NCBI GenBank assembly: GCA_043823065.1
Contig: JBDRBB010000008.1
Coordinates: forward strand, 256,554-320,553
From: Pseudomonadota bacterium
GTDB lineage: Bacteria > UBA10199 > 2-02-FULL-44-16 > DYJF01
Reading direction: 5' to 3'
DNA: 64,000 nucleotides
Shown here: positions 47,005 through 57,252 of the stretch, one piece after another
How the letters are laid out: each line of letters begins with the position of its first letter
Position numbering within the stretch: position 1 is the stretch's first letter
Program-made: the position numbers and the translations under genes
The notes under the pieces: generated by a model
Seen by the model: the letters and a program-made list of their open reading frames with translations, nothing else
Database searches by the model: none
Told to the model about the DNA's origin: nothing

Positions 47005-47077
47005 ATTATTCTTTACTGTTTTCCATGGGTTATGTTAATATGAGCTTCGCCAAATTAATCAATTTCTGGGGAATTTC

Positions 47078-47959
47078 ATGTATTTAAACTATTATAATTT
47101 TCGGGAAGAGCCATTTAACATCACTCCAGATCCCAAGTTTTATTTTTTATCCAATCAACATGAGGCAGCTATTGAATCTCTTTTATATGGCATTGAGAGC
47201 CGCCGCGGTTTTATGACCTTAATCGGCGATGTTGGAACCGGCAAGACCACTACTTGCCGTACTTTGCTCAATAGATTGCCAAAAAATGTGGATACTTCTT
47301 TAATTTTTAATCCCATGCTTTCTATCTTAGAGCTTTTGCAATCCATTAACGATGATTTTGATAACAAAGATGCAGTGAAAGACACAGTTAAGGGGCAGAT
47401 TGATGCTTTAAATAATTTTTTACTGCGTCGCTTGCGCTGGGGTAAAAACGCTGTGGTAATTATTGATGAAGCGCAAAATTTATCTATAGAAGCTATGGAA
47501 ATGATGCGTTTGCTGTCCAACCTGGAAACAGATAATAAAAAATTATTACAGATAATTTTTATTGGCCAGAATGAGCTTATCCCAAAACTGAGTGCGCCGG
47601 ATCTGCGCCAGCTTAATCAACGAATTATTATACGTTGTCGTTTAACTCCTTTGGCTTATCCTGATTTAGTGCGCTATGTAGAACATAGATTACAAGTAGC
47701 AAGTTTTAACGGCCAGGCCACTGTTAAATTTGCTCAAAAGGCCTTGTTAAAAATATATGAATATTGTCAGGGCACACCTCGTTTGGCTAACTTGCTTTGC
47801 GATAGGTTATTAATGGAAGGTTTTGCTGAAAAAACCAACTTAGTTAATGTGGAAATGGTTAAAAATGCCATCCTAGATCTGGAGCAGCCTTTAAGTTTAG
47901 CGGGCGCTGTGATGAAAAAAAAAGAATCTTGGCAAATTTGGAAAAATTTTTTTTTCTAA
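47078..47959 (+). CDS. ExeA/MshM-family AAA ATPase
   Basis: MYLNYYNFREEPFNITPDP, GDVGTGKTT, IIDEAQNL, GTPRLAN. Confidence 0.93.
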   Translation: MYLNYYNFREEPFNITPDPKFYFLSNQHEAAIESLLYGIESRRGFMTLIGDVGTGKTTTCRTLLNRLPKNVDTSLIFNPMLSILELLQSINDDFDNKDAVKDTVKGQIDALNNFLLRRLRWGKNAVVIIDEAQNLSIEAMEMMRLLSNLETDNKKLLQIIFIGQNELIPKLSAPDLRQLNQRIIIRCRLTPLAYPDLVRYVEHRLQVASFNGQATVKFAQKALLKIYEYCQGTPRLANLLCDRLLMEGFAEKTNLVNVEMVKNAILDLEQPLSLAGAVMKKKESWQIWKNFFF

Positions 47960-47973
47960 GAAATGGATAGAAG

Positions 47974-48765
47974 ATGTCAATAATTCTAAAAGCATTAAAA
48001 AAATCTGAAAAAGAAGAAGGCAAAGAAAAACGGATAGAACAAGATTTGGGCCAGGGTTTTTTTCTGGGAAAAACCAATAAGGCTACCATTGGTTTTTTGT
48101 CTGGAGTAGATAAGCTAAGTAGCAAGAAAAATATCAAGTTAGGCTTGATTTTGGTTTTGGTTCTTGGTTTTGGTTTGGGTATTTGGTGGTGGTACAAAAG
48201 CAGCGCTACTGTAGATGCTCCACCAAAGCCAGTTGAAGTGGAAGAAAAAGAAGCTCAGTCAGCTGAAGTTCCTTTTAGCCAACCAGCATCGCCAATATTG
48301 CCAACAGATACAGTTGCTCAAGCAAAACAAGCTTTTGAACTGGGCAATTTAGATAAAAGCGCTGAGCTTTATAGATTAGCCATAAATGAAAAACCAGGAG
48401 ATGCTGATCTGCACAATAATTTAGGCCTAGTGTATCAGCAAAAAGGTTTGTTTGCCAATGCTTCCACAGAATTTCAAAAAGCCTTGGAGCTTGATGATGC
48501 TTGTGTGTCCTGTTTTAATAATTTCGGTTTATTAAAATCCAGCTTGGGTGAAGTTGCTGAAGCTCAAAAGTATTTTGAACAAGCTATAAGCTTGGATCCT
48601 GCCTATCCCAATCCATATTTTAACCTGGCTGTGTTGCATGAAAAATCAGGGGACGTTGGCAACGCAGTTAAATATTATCGGCAATTTATTAGTCTTTATC
48701 CAGACCAGCAGGCTGATGTAATTTTTAAGGTGAATCGAAGAATTAACGCTTTAACCGGCAAATAA
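47974..48765 (+). CDS. Membrane-anchored TPR protein (MshN/ExeB-like)
   Basis: MSIILKALKK N-terminus, one TM, TPR repeats. Confidence 0.8.
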   Translation: MSIILKALKKSEKEEGKEKRIEQDLGQGFFLGKTNKATIGFLSGVDKLSSKKNIKLGLILVLVLGFGLGIWWWYKSSATVDAPPKPVEVEEKEAQSAEVPFSQPASPILPTDTVAQAKQAFELGNLDKSAELYRLAINEKPGDADLHNNLGLVYQQKGLFANASTEFQKALELDDACVSCFNNFGLLKSSLGEVAEAQKYFEQAISLDPAYPNPYFNLAVLHEKSGDVGNAVKYYRQFISLYPDQQADVIFKVNRRINALTGK

Positions 48766-48776
48766 ATCATCTCATC

Positions 48777-49796
48777 ATGAAAATGATCATGAAAAATACT
48801 ATTGGAATAGATATTGGCACTGAAAATGTGAAGATTGTTTGTTTGGAAAAAAGATTACAAACCTATCGTTTGGCAGCTTGCGGACTTTTTCCTTATCGTG
48901 GTCAAAAAGAAAAACTTAAACAATTTATTGAACAAGCTAATTTAACATCATCAGATTTGCGTGTGAATATAGATGATGCTTCTTTGCGTATCAGGCGTTT
49001 GGATTTGCCCCACATGGAATCTAATGAAGTTCCAGAGGCCATAAAATGGGGATTAAAAAACTTTGTTGATGGCGATATAGAGAGCTATGCTTTTCGTTAT
49101 ATCATGATTGATGAAAAGGATTTAAAGCTGCGCAACAGAGTGCCGTTAATTGTTTACGCTATCCGCAATCAAGCTGTTTTAGACCGGGTTGAGTATTTAA
49201 AAGAAATAGGTTTGCCTGAACCTAAAATTGTAGAACCAGATGCAGCAGCATTGGCCATGATTTTTGAGTTTTGCAAAGGCAAGGGCAGGGACACCAATGC
49301 TGTATTGATCAATCTTGGCTACAATCTTTCCCATTTTTTGATGATGGGAAAAGCAGGGCTGTTGTTTGTTAGGCCTCTAAGTGGCGTGAGCGATAATTTG
49401 TTAGTCAGTCAAATAGCCAGAGATTTGGGGCTAGGGCCGGCAGATGCGCAGGAAGCTAAAATAAATTACTTTAATGATCCACAAAGCATTGCTGATGATA
49501 TTGCTCCCAGGCTTAAGAATACCATTGCCCATTTTTATTCTAATATGGCTATTGAAATTCAAAGATCAATTGATGGGTATTCTTTAATTTTTGGACGGCA
49601 CAACATAGAGGAAGTGAATCTGACTGGCGGAGGAGCAGCCTATTCAGAGTTGGCCCAATATTTGGAAAAGAATTTGGCGCTAAAGGTTGATTTACTGAAT
49701 CCCTTTGAAAAGATTGATGTCAGCGGCGTTCAGGGTGAATGTGTTGAAAAAAACAGGGAAATATTTGCCATAGCTTGTGGTTTGGCAGTAGATTAA
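48777..49796 (+). CDS. pilM: PilM-like actin-fold alignment protein
   Basis: IGIDIG, EIQRSID, LTGGGA, IACGLA. Confidence 0.88.
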   Translation: MKMIMKNTIGIDIGTENVKIVCLEKRLQTYRLAACGLFPYRGQKEKLKQFIEQANLTSSDLRVNIDDASLRIRRLDLPHMESNEVPEAIKWGLKNFVDGDIESYAFRYIMIDEKDLKLRNRVPLIVYAIRNQAVLDRVEYLKEIGLPEPKIVEPDAAALAMIFEFCKGKGRDTNAVLINLGYNLSHFLMMGKAGLLFVRPLSGVSDNLLVSQIARDLGLGPADAQEAKINYFNDPQSIADDIAPRLKNTIAHFYSNMAIEIQRSIDGYSLIFGRHNIEEVNLTGGGAAYSELAQYLEKNLALKVDLLNPFEKIDVSGVQGECVEKNREIFAIACGLAVD

Positions 49797-49800
49797 AGAC

Positions 49801-50382
49801 ATGCATATAAATTTTTTTGAGAGAAAATCATTTGAGTTTAATTTAAAGTCGCTAAAAAAGATTCAGTACAAAGATATTAATTTGCAAAAGTTGAAACTGA
49901 ATCGTTTGATTATGCTGCTAGTGGCAGGTGGTTTGCTATTTACCATGCTTTCATTTGGCGTTCTGCAAAAGCTGCGTTTGGATTACTTGTTGGGCAAAAA
50001 GATTAAACTGGACCGAGAGGTAAGCAAGTTGCGTAATGATGATGATGTAGGAAGTCTAAGTATAGATGGCAACAGTTCAAAAGAGGATATCTTAAAATCT
50101 TATCATCAGGCTGTTAAATGGAATGTGGTATTAGCTAAAGTAATAGAGGACATCCCACCCCAGGTTTGGTTAAAATCTGTTTCTGCTCAACAAGAGCAAA
50201 GCAGAATGTTTTCTTTAACTGGAGAAGCTCCAAATCAACAAATAGTGGCAGCACTTATTGATTCTTTAGAAAGGAGCAATTTGTTCCATAATGTTCAGCT
50301 TATTTCTTCCGAAATGGTTGAAGATAAAGGTAGTCGTAAATTAAACTTTAAAGTTAACTGTATTCTAAAAGTGCGCCTATGA
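49801..50382 (+). CDS. pilN: PilN-like protein
   Basis: INFF, one TM, 'IPPQVWL', 'LERSNLFHNVQL'. Confidence 0.82.
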   Translation: MHINFFERKSFEFNLKSLKKIQYKDINLQKLKLNRLIMLLVAGGLLFTMLSFGVLQKLRLDYLLGKKIKLDREVSKLRNDDDVGSLSIDGNSSKEDILKSYHQAVKWNVVLAKVIEDIPPQVWLKSVSAQQEQSRMFSLTGEAPNQQIVAALIDSLERSNLFHNVQLISSEMVEDKGSRKLNFKVNCILKVRL

Positions 50383-50951
50383 ATATTTTTCTATCCAGAT
50401 CAGATTTAAGAGGAATGCCAAATGCCAGGGAGAAAATAATTTTTTTGCTGACGGTGATCGTGTGTCTTTTTGTTTTTTTCAAGTCTTGCTGGTATCCTAG
50501 TCAGCGAGCTATATCCAGCGTTAAAAGCGATATTGAAGTAATAAAAAAAGAACAAACAAAAGTTGAAAAAGCTCAAAAAGAGGCCAAAAAAAACGTTAAG
50601 CAGGTTTGGAGCGGAACCGAAGAGATTCGGGAGAAATATAATCAATATGCTAAAAAAGTGGCATTGGAACCAGATAGCTTTTTAATGCGGGAATTTTCTA
50701 ATCCCGTGCTCTTGAAAGATATCAGATTAGTAGCAGTTAATTTTGCAGACAACAAGAATGATGGCAATATTATTACCCAAAAATTTGATTTAAGTTTAAG
50801 CGGATCATTTGTCTCAATTTTGGATTATTTGAATAGATTAGACAAATTGCCGTTGCTTTTAGTGCTCAATGAGATAAATATTGATTCTGAGGAAAACAAA
50901 CAGGGGAGAGTGACCCTGGAAATTAACGGTGTTGCTTATGGGTGGAGATAA
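50379..50951 (+). CDS. pilO: PilO/MshJ-like protein
   Basis: REK plus TM, 'LSGSFVSILDYLNRL'. Confidence 0.8.
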   Translation: MNIFLSRSDLRGMPNAREKIIFLLTVIVCLFVFFKSCWYPSQRAISSVKSDIEVIKKEQTKVEKAQKEAKKNVKQVWSGTEEIREKYNQYAKKVALEPDSFLMREFSNPVLLKDIRLVAVNFADNKNDGNIITQKFDLSLSGSFVSILDYLNRLDKLPLLLVLNEINIDSEENKQGRVTLEINGVAYGWR

Positions 50952-51342
50952 TAAAAAACGTGCATTGTTTTGGATGCTGCTATGCTTGTTTTTGCTTGTT
51001 CCGGTTTTGGCTGGAACGCAGCAGGGACAACCCAATACAAAGGAAGATTTGTCAGGTCTGGATTTAGGCGGATTTGAACAAGTTGCTGAAGATGGCATTA
51101 AATGGCGCAACAATCCTTTTATTCAGCCTGCAGACGACGTTGCTTTAGATGAGTTAAAACTTACCGGTATTGTTTATAATCCTGATGATGCAGCAGTGAT
51201 CATCAATGATCGAATTATTAAAAAAGGAGAACAGATTGGCTTTAATACAATTGTGGAAATAACCAATGATTTTGTAATTTTAAGAAATGAGACTGGTTTG
51301 TTTAGGCTGTCTTTAGGTTCTGGCGGTAATGAGGCTAACTAA
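50938..51342 (+). CDS. PilP/MshK-like protein
   Basis: 'RNNPF', 'LKLTGIVY...AVIINDRIIKKGE'. Confidence 0.75.
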   Translation: MGGDNKKRALFWMLLCLFLLVPVLAGTQQGQPNTKEDLSGLDLGGFEQVAEDGIKWRNNPFIQPADDVALDELKLTGIVYNPDDAAVIINDRIIKKGEQIGFNTIVEITNDFVILRNETGLFRLSLGSGGNEAN

Positions 51343-52748
51343 TGAAATTTTATAAAATATTTTTACATAGCCTGATAATTGTTTGTTTATTGATATCTCC
51401 AGTGGCCCTGGCCATTTCACCAGAGCTTTATAATGTGGAATTTCGTCAAGCAGACATTAAGAGCGCGGTTCGGATTTTGGCTAAAATGGCCAATAAAAAT
51501 ATTGTGTTGCCTGATAAGATTGAAGGCACAGTTACTGCCAGTTTTGAGAATATTAAATTGGATGATGCGCTCAGCGCAATTTTAAAAACTAATGCCTATG
51601 GCATGGTAGAAGAGGACAATATCTTACAGATTGTTTCCCGCAAAGAGCTAACTGATCTGGGGGAAGATCTTACGTCCAGATCCTTTAATCTGAAATATGC
51701 CAAAGCATCTGTGGTGTTATCAAGCGTTCAATCTTTGGTTTCTGAACGTGGTTCAGCAATAGCAGATGAAATGACCAATTCAATATATGTGCGTGATACT
51801 AAACCAGCCATCAATAATATAAACGGCTTGATTGTCAGTTTGGATAAAAAGGGTCGGCAAGTCTTAATTGAAGCTAAAATTATTGAGGCTTCTACAGATT
51901 TTATTAGAAGTTTGGGGATTCAGTGGGGTGTGACAAAATCAGGCGGAAAAATTCAAACAGCTGGCCTAACATCTGTGGGCACTGCAGATAGCGGGCGGGC
52001 ATTAATGTTAAATACGCCAGCAACTTCTGCTCGTGGCGGCAATCCTTTTGGCGGTGTTGGCTTGATTTTAGGGAGTTTTAAAGGGGTGCTTACAGATGTG
52101 CAACTTTCTGTAGCTGAACAAGAAGGTGATATAACAGTTTTAGCCAGGCCTACAATTGCCACCTTAAATAATCAGCCAGCTAGAATCAGAAGCGGCACCA
52201 AATTTTATGTAAAAACCTATGGTGATGTAAATATTGGTGGAACTGGCACAGGTACAGTTACAGGCGGTGATAGCGCCAATTTGCAGGAAATAGATACAGG
52301 AATAGAGCTAAATGTAACGCCGCAAATTTCTTCCAGCGGTTCTATTCAGCTTGATATTGAAGCCACTCAATCAGAAGCGGATTTTACGCAAGCCATTGAA
52401 GGAGTGCCAGCGGTTCAGGATAAAACAGCTCAAACAGTTGTTCGCTTGCAAGATGGTGAAACTACAATCATTGGCGGGTTATTTCATCTTAAAGATACCA
52501 GAACTGTTACCGGTATTCCAGGTTTAATGAAAGTTCCGCTTTTTGGTAATTTGTTTAAGAGTCGCAGTAAAGCTAAAGAAAAGCGTGAACTGCTGATTTT
52601 TCTAACCCCAAGGGTTATTGAAAGCGCAGTTACTTCTTTGCCGTATTTTAGCGAACCAGAGAGCATGTATAATCCCCAGCCTCCTAAAGTCGAGAAAAAC
52701 AAGAGAACCAAGAGCGATTATTATCGTAAAGAAAATAAATGGCGTTAA
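51342..52748 (+). CDS. pilQ: Secretin (PilQ/MshL)
   Basis: QVLIEAKIIE, TLNNQPA, TGIELNVTP, DGETTIIGG, VPLFGNLF, ELLIFLTP. Confidence 0.93.
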   Translation: MKFYKIFLHSLIIVCLLISPVALAISPELYNVEFRQADIKSAVRILAKMANKNIVLPDKIEGTVTASFENIKLDDALSAILKTNAYGMVEEDNILQIVSRKELTDLGEDLTSRSFNLKYAKASVVLSSVQSLVSERGSAIADEMTNSIYVRDTKPAINNINGLIVSLDKKGRQVLIEAKIIEASTDFIRSLGIQWGVTKSGGKIQTAGLTSVGTADSGRALMLNTPATSARGGNPFGGVGLILGSFKGVLTDVQLSVAEQEGDITVLARPTIATLNNQPARIRSGTKFYVKTYGDVNIGGTGTGTVTGGDSANLQEIDTGIELNVTPQISSSGSIQLDIEATQSEADFTQAIEGVPAVQDKTAQTVVRLQDGETTIIGGLFHLKDTRTVTGIPGLMKVPLFGNLFKSRSKAKEKRELLIFLTPRVIESAVTSLPYFSEPESMYNPQPPKVEKNKRTKSDYYRKENKWR

Positions 52749-52757
52749 GGGGGTATC

Positions 52758-54938
52758 TTGAAAATTCGCCATAAACTTTTACTATCTGTTTTGTTAAGCA
52801 CTCTTAGTGTTTTTTTGATTATTATCATCCTAACCTATTATTCTAGCCGACAGCTTTTGCTTCAGGAAATAGAAAATAAAACCCAAAATTTGGTTGAAGC
52901 CAATGCCTATCAACTTAATGGCCAGTTTCAGGTAATTCAGGATGTAGCCGAAGGTTTGGCTCTTTCCATCCAGAGCGGTCTTGGTTTATCAGAAACAACA
53001 ATTGATGAGCTTATTAAAACTTACCTTAAATCCAGGACAAATGCGGCAGGAGCTAGTGTGGCTTTTTTGCCAAATTCTTTTTCAGGCAAAGATTATTTTG
53101 CCCCAACTTATTATAGAAATAATGACCAGCTTGTTTACGTTGATTTGGGGAAAGGTAAAGAAAACTATGCTGCTCAACCCTGGTATAAGGTTCCTCTTAG
53201 GGCAAAAGAGCCATATCTTTCTGAGCCATTTTTTTCTACCATACATGAAGAAATGGTCATTACCTATGCTTATCCTTTTTGGAAAAATCAGAAAATTTGG
53301 GGGGTAGCTGCAGTTGATATTTATGTCACAAAAATCGTTGAAGCTTTGGACGATATAAGTGAAAAATATGGCGCTACAGCATTTTTGCTCAGCAATAATG
53401 GCAAAATTTTATCTGCTCATGAGGAGGATTGGCAGTTTAAACTTTCAATTTTTGAGGTAGCTGCAGAATTAAAAAGTCCTAAATTAGCGGAATTGGGTCG
53501 CAAGATGCTGGCTGGCGAGTCTGGTTTTGAATCTTTTGTCAATCCTGTTACCAAAGGCAAATCCTGGTTTGCCTATCAGCCGATTTCCAGTATGGGTTGG
53601 TCATTGGTCATTGCCTATCCTCAAAAGCAAGTGTTTGCTGACTTAGCTGTTCTAAACATAAAAACAATTATAATAGCCCTGGTTGGTTTGGCTACAATTT
53701 CTTTCTCTATCTATTTGATCTCAATCAAGATTACCGAGCCGCTTAGGGAATTGGCAGATGGAGTGAGAAAAATTGCTGGTGGTGATTTTTCAAGCAGGCT
53801 GAACGAGGTTTCTACCAGGGACGAGGTTGGTATTTTGACCAGGGCTTTTAATGAAATGACCCAATTTTTGAGAACCACTTTATCGCGTCTTCACGAAGAA
53901 AAAGAAACCTTAAGAGTTGCCTTTAGCCAGATGTCTGATGGCTTGGTAATTTTGAATATAAAAGGGGAACTTTTACAAAGTAATAATGTTGCCCAAAGAT
54001 TATTAAGCCTGCCAAATACTCTGCCTTTTGAAGAACATCTGCAGAATCATTTTAGATCTTCACTGCCTTGGAATAAAATAATAATAGCAGAGCCCAGTCA
54101 AAAGAAATTTGTTTTATCTCGCAAAGAAAGTGAAAGCTTGGGGCCTTTGCATTTAGGTTGCATAATTTCTCCAATTTTGGATGAGGCTGGCCAATTAAAA
54201 GAATTTATATTTAGTTTACGCGATATAACTGCACAAGAAACTGAAGAGTTATCCAAGCGGAATTTTTTGTCGCTTATTTCGCATAAACTTTTTACGCCAC
54301 TCACCGTTCTTAAGGGAAAATTAATGCTGCTAAAAGACGGGTTGTTGGGAGAGTTAACTCCCAAACAAACAGAAAACATTAATGACATGGTAGGCCAAAC
54401 CAGCAAATTAAAAGATTTGATAGATAAACTGGTCAATTTTGTGACCATGGAAGGCGCTGCTTTAGATATGACCCGGGAAGAAATTGATTTTCATAAGTTT
54501 GTCTCTGAAGTGGCAGAAGAACAAAAGACTTCTTTTTTGGCCAAAGAACCACAAATTTATATTAATATTCCGGCCCAGATTGAAAAAATATATTTTAATC
54601 GCAATTATTTGCGAATAATTATTGGGGAACTAATAAATAATGGTCTTAAATTTAATTTAAAAAAACCAGCCTTGGTTAGAATAGATTGCAGTCGAGATGA
54701 TGATTATTTGGTGATCAAAGTGACAGATAATGGCGTGGGTATTCCTCCGGAATTTACCGAGCATATTTTTGATAAGTTTTACCAAGTAGAACGTTATTAT
54801 ACAGGAAATGTAGAAGGAGTTGGTTTGGGTTTGGTCCATGTGCGCAAATTGGTGGAGTATTTTGGAGGCAAAATCATGGTCTCATCAGATCCTGGCCAAG
54901 GATCTATTTTTGTAATCAAACTGCATGCTGTGTTCTAG
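52758..54938 (+). CDS. Cache-HAMP-PAS sensor histidine kinase (H-box ISHKL)
   Basis: Two TMs around a Cache domain (WY...SEPF), HAMP 'DEVGILTRAFNEM', NGLKFN, DNGVG, GVGLGL. Confidence 0.9.
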   Translation: MKIRHKLLLSVLLSTLSVFLIIIILTYYSSRQLLLQEIENKTQNLVEANAYQLNGQFQVIQDVAEGLALSIQSGLGLSETTIDELIKTYLKSRTNAAGASVAFLPNSFSGKDYFAPTYYRNNDQLVYVDLGKGKENYAAQPWYKVPLRAKEPYLSEPFFSTIHEEMVITYAYPFWKNQKIWGVAAVDIYVTKIVEALDDISEKYGATAFLLSNNGKILSAHEEDWQFKLSIFEVAAELKSPKLAELGRKMLAGESGFESFVNPVTKGKSWFAYQPISSMGWSLVIAYPQKQVFADLAVLNIKTIIIALVGLATISFSIYLISIKITEPLRELADGVRKIAGGDFSSRLNEVSTRDEVGILTRAFNEMTQFLRTTLSRLHEEKETLRVAFSQMSDGLVILNIKGELLQSNNVAQRLLSLPNTLPFEEHLQNHFRSSLPWNKIIIAEPSQKKFVLSRKESESLGPLHLGCIISPILDEAGQLKEFIFSLRDITAQETEELSKRNFLSLISHKLFTPLTVLKGKLMLLKDGLLGELTPKQTENINDMVGQTSKLKDLIDKLVNFVTMEGAALDMTREEIDFHKFVSEVAEEQKTSFLAKEPQIYINIPAQIEKIYFNRNYLRIIIGELINNGLKFNLKKPALVRIDCSRDDDYLVIKVTDNGVGIPPEFTEHIFDKFYQVERYYTGNVEGVGLGLVHVRKLVEYFGGKIMVSSDPGQGSIFVIKLHAVF

Positions 54939-54983
54939 ATTTCCCGCTGGTTTTTCTTGAGACTTTATGCTAAGTTAGCCCCC

Positions 54984-55652
54984 ATGAAGAAATATGGGGG
55001 AGCTCTTTTTTTTCTGATTTTTCTGGTTGGTCAATTTACATCATGTAGCAAGCAAGATGTACGTTTTGTCTACAACCAAGACAAAGAATATGTGGCTATT
55101 AAGCAACTTAAGCTTAAGGCAGAAGATCTTTATCAACATCCATTTCAGATAACTCCAGAGCAGCTTACCAATATCCTAGATAATATTTATTATAAACATA
55201 TGATGCTGATCAGATATGTTTGGTCCAAACCAAAACTAACTTTTAGCAAGAGGCAGCAAGCCTTTTTGGCTGCACATTTAAGCCAGGCCTTGGCTCAGGC
55301 TGGAGCGGATGAGCAGGTTGAATTTTCAATTATAGATCCTGAACATGAAAGAAAGCGTACTAATGGCAAGGTGTTTATAGACGATCAGGGTCTTAATTTA
55401 TTTTTAAATAGTTTGCATGAACCAGAATATACCACAGCAGTTGATAGATATGAGCTAGATGAAGCGCGCTGGAAATTTTGGCCTTTAGCGCCAAATCAAG
55501 GTTATAAGTGTTTGCAAAATAATCAAAAAAAATGCCAAAAAAATTGGTTAGTAATAAAGTTGCCAAATGGGGGAGCAAGTGAAAATTCTAACAAAAATTT
55601 GGCTGACCAGCTGGATGCTGCTTATACCAGCGATCAGCCTGGCCAAGACTGA
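54984..55652 (+). CDS. Uncharacterised lipoprotein
   Basis: Lipobox FTSC; 'HPFQITPEQL...LSQALAQA'. Confidence 0.7.
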   Translation: MKKYGGALFFLIFLVGQFTSCSKQDVRFVYNQDKEYVAIKQLKLKAEDLYQHPFQITPEQLTNILDNIYYKHMMLIRYVWSKPKLTFSKRQQAFLAAHLSQALAQAGADEQVEFSIIDPEHERKRTNGKVFIDDQGLNLFLNSLHEPEYTTAVDRYELDEARWKFWPLAPNQGYKCLQNNQKKCQKNWLVIKLPNGGASENSNKNLADQLDAAYTSDQPGQD

Positions 55653-56787
55653 TAGCGCAAAAAATCTTGAGCAAAGAGTGCAAGAGTTGGAATCGCAAGT
55701 GCAGGCGCTCCAAGACAGCCAAGCCTCTCTTACAGATGATTTTTTGCGGCGCACCTATATTGGAGCTTATGCCAATTTTCGTTATATTGATGCCCAAGGA
55801 GAAAATAACCATTTTGATGGCAATAGGTTCGATTTGGTGTTGAATTCCAGGTTTCATGATCGTTTGCGCGCTTATGTAGATATAAAATTTCAGCAAGCAG
55901 CAGGAATTGCCGCAGATAATTGGCAAAACCAAGTTATCAGCAATAATAATCGCAGCGGTATTGTTTCTGTATTCGAAAGTTATGTTGATTTTATTCTAGC
56001 TAAATGGATCAATTTTCGAGCCGGCATTTTTTTGGTGCCAATTGCCGAGTATAACCGCAATCCTTATATGGTTAACAAGGAATTTGCCGATGATCCAATG
56101 GAAAGCTACGAATATAGTGATGTTGGCGCTGAATTATTCGGAGAAGCTTCCTTAAGCGATCAAATAAAATTGTATTATGAATTGGGTGCTGTACAAGGTT
56201 TGACCAGTCAAACCACTGGTTTTTTTCCTTCCTATGCTCAAGATAATAATAAGGCTAAATCTGTTTTTGGCAGACTCAACTTTACCTTTTTTAATCAAGC
56301 CTGGCTAAATCTGGCCGGCTATTATGGCGATTTTTCAGCTAATAATAATTCCATGTACATTGTAGATAGCTACGTTAAATTAGCTCCCACTAATATAAAT
56401 GTTTTAAATCATTTTGAACTATTTGCCGAAGGAATTTATCTGGATTGGCAAAACGATGGCACGCCTTTGGCTTTAGATAGAGTCTATTTAATTAATTCCT
56501 ATTTTGTTTTCAAGTTTTGGCCTGAAATATTGAATAGAACCTTTTTGGGTAAGAGATTTGACGATCCCCAGTTTACCTTGGCGTTTCGCTACTTTCGGGT
56601 AGATGCCAAGCAATATAACCCTCAAATTTTTAATAATGCCAGTGACAACAAATATGCTTTTGCTTTTGGTTATCGGCCGATTAGTAATTTTGTGCTTCAT
56701 CTGCAGTATGAAATCAATAAAGGCAATAGCCTAAATTTTAGAGGCGATAATAATGTTTTTATGATCAATATGGCCTATAATTTTTAA
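55579..56787 (+). CDS. Outer-membrane porin-like beta-barrel, paralog 1
   Basis: Signal peptide, N-terminal coiled coil LEQRVQELESQVQAL, 'DNNKAKSVFGR', C-terminal MAYNF. Confidence 0.82.
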   Translation: MKILTKIWLTSWMLLIPAISLAKTDSAKNLEQRVQELESQVQALQDSQASLTDDFLRRTYIGAYANFRYIDAQGENNHFDGNRFDLVLNSRFHDRLRAYVDIKFQQAAGIAADNWQNQVISNNNRSGIVSVFESYVDFILAKWINFRAGIFLVPIAEYNRNPYMVNKEFADDPMESYEYSDVGAELFGEASLSDQIKLYYELGAVQGLTSQTTGFFPSYAQDNNKAKSVFGRLNFTFFNQAWLNLAGYYGDFSANNNSMYIVDSYVKLAPTNINVLNHFELFAEGIYLDWQNDGTPLALDRVYLINSYFVFKFWPEILNRTFLGKRFDDPQFTLAFRYFRVDAKQYNPQIFNNASDNKYAFAFGYRPISNFVLHLQYEINKGNSLNFRGDNNVFMINMAYNF

Positions 56788-56789
56788 TA

Positions 56790-57233
56790 ATGATTAATAT
56801 AAAAAAAATAATTATAGGTGTTTTAATTATACTTATCCTGGGGCTTGTTAAACTAGTTCAGGCTCAGGATGGAATAGTAATTGTAGTAAATAAGCTGAAT
56901 TCTTTAAACACAATGTCTAAAGGACAGTTGATCAGCATCTATCGTGGTCAAGACACGCTTTGGCCAGATGGACAAATGATTATTTTAGTTAATCAGACTA
57001 TGTTAACACAACCAAGAAATATTTTTTATAAGAAAGTGCTGGGTGTCTCGCCAGCAACTAAATTTTATCTACCAGGGACGATGGCGCCAATTAGGACTGT
57101 ATTGCAGCCCTCAGATGAGGGAGTTAAACTATTTGTCTCTAATATGCCCAATGCCATTGGCTATATCGGAGAAGAAGCAGTAGATGATTCCATTAAGGTT
57201 CTGAAAATTGATGACAAGATTGTAATTCATTGA
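56790..57233 (+). CDS. Small periplasmic PBP-like protein (PstS-like single lobe), paralog 1
   Basis: 'IVIVVNK...IYRG...WPDG...FVSNMPNAIGYI...IKVL'. Confidence 0.82.
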   Translation: MINIKKIIIGVLIILILGLVKLVQAQDGIVIVVNKLNSLNTMSKGQLISIYRGQDTLWPDGQMIILVNQTMLTQPRNIFYKKVLGVSPATKFYLPGTMAPIRTVLQPSDEGVKLFVSNMPNAIGYIGEEAVDDSIKVLKIDDKIVIH

Positions 57234-57252
57234 TTTTTGCTTGGGAGGTTTG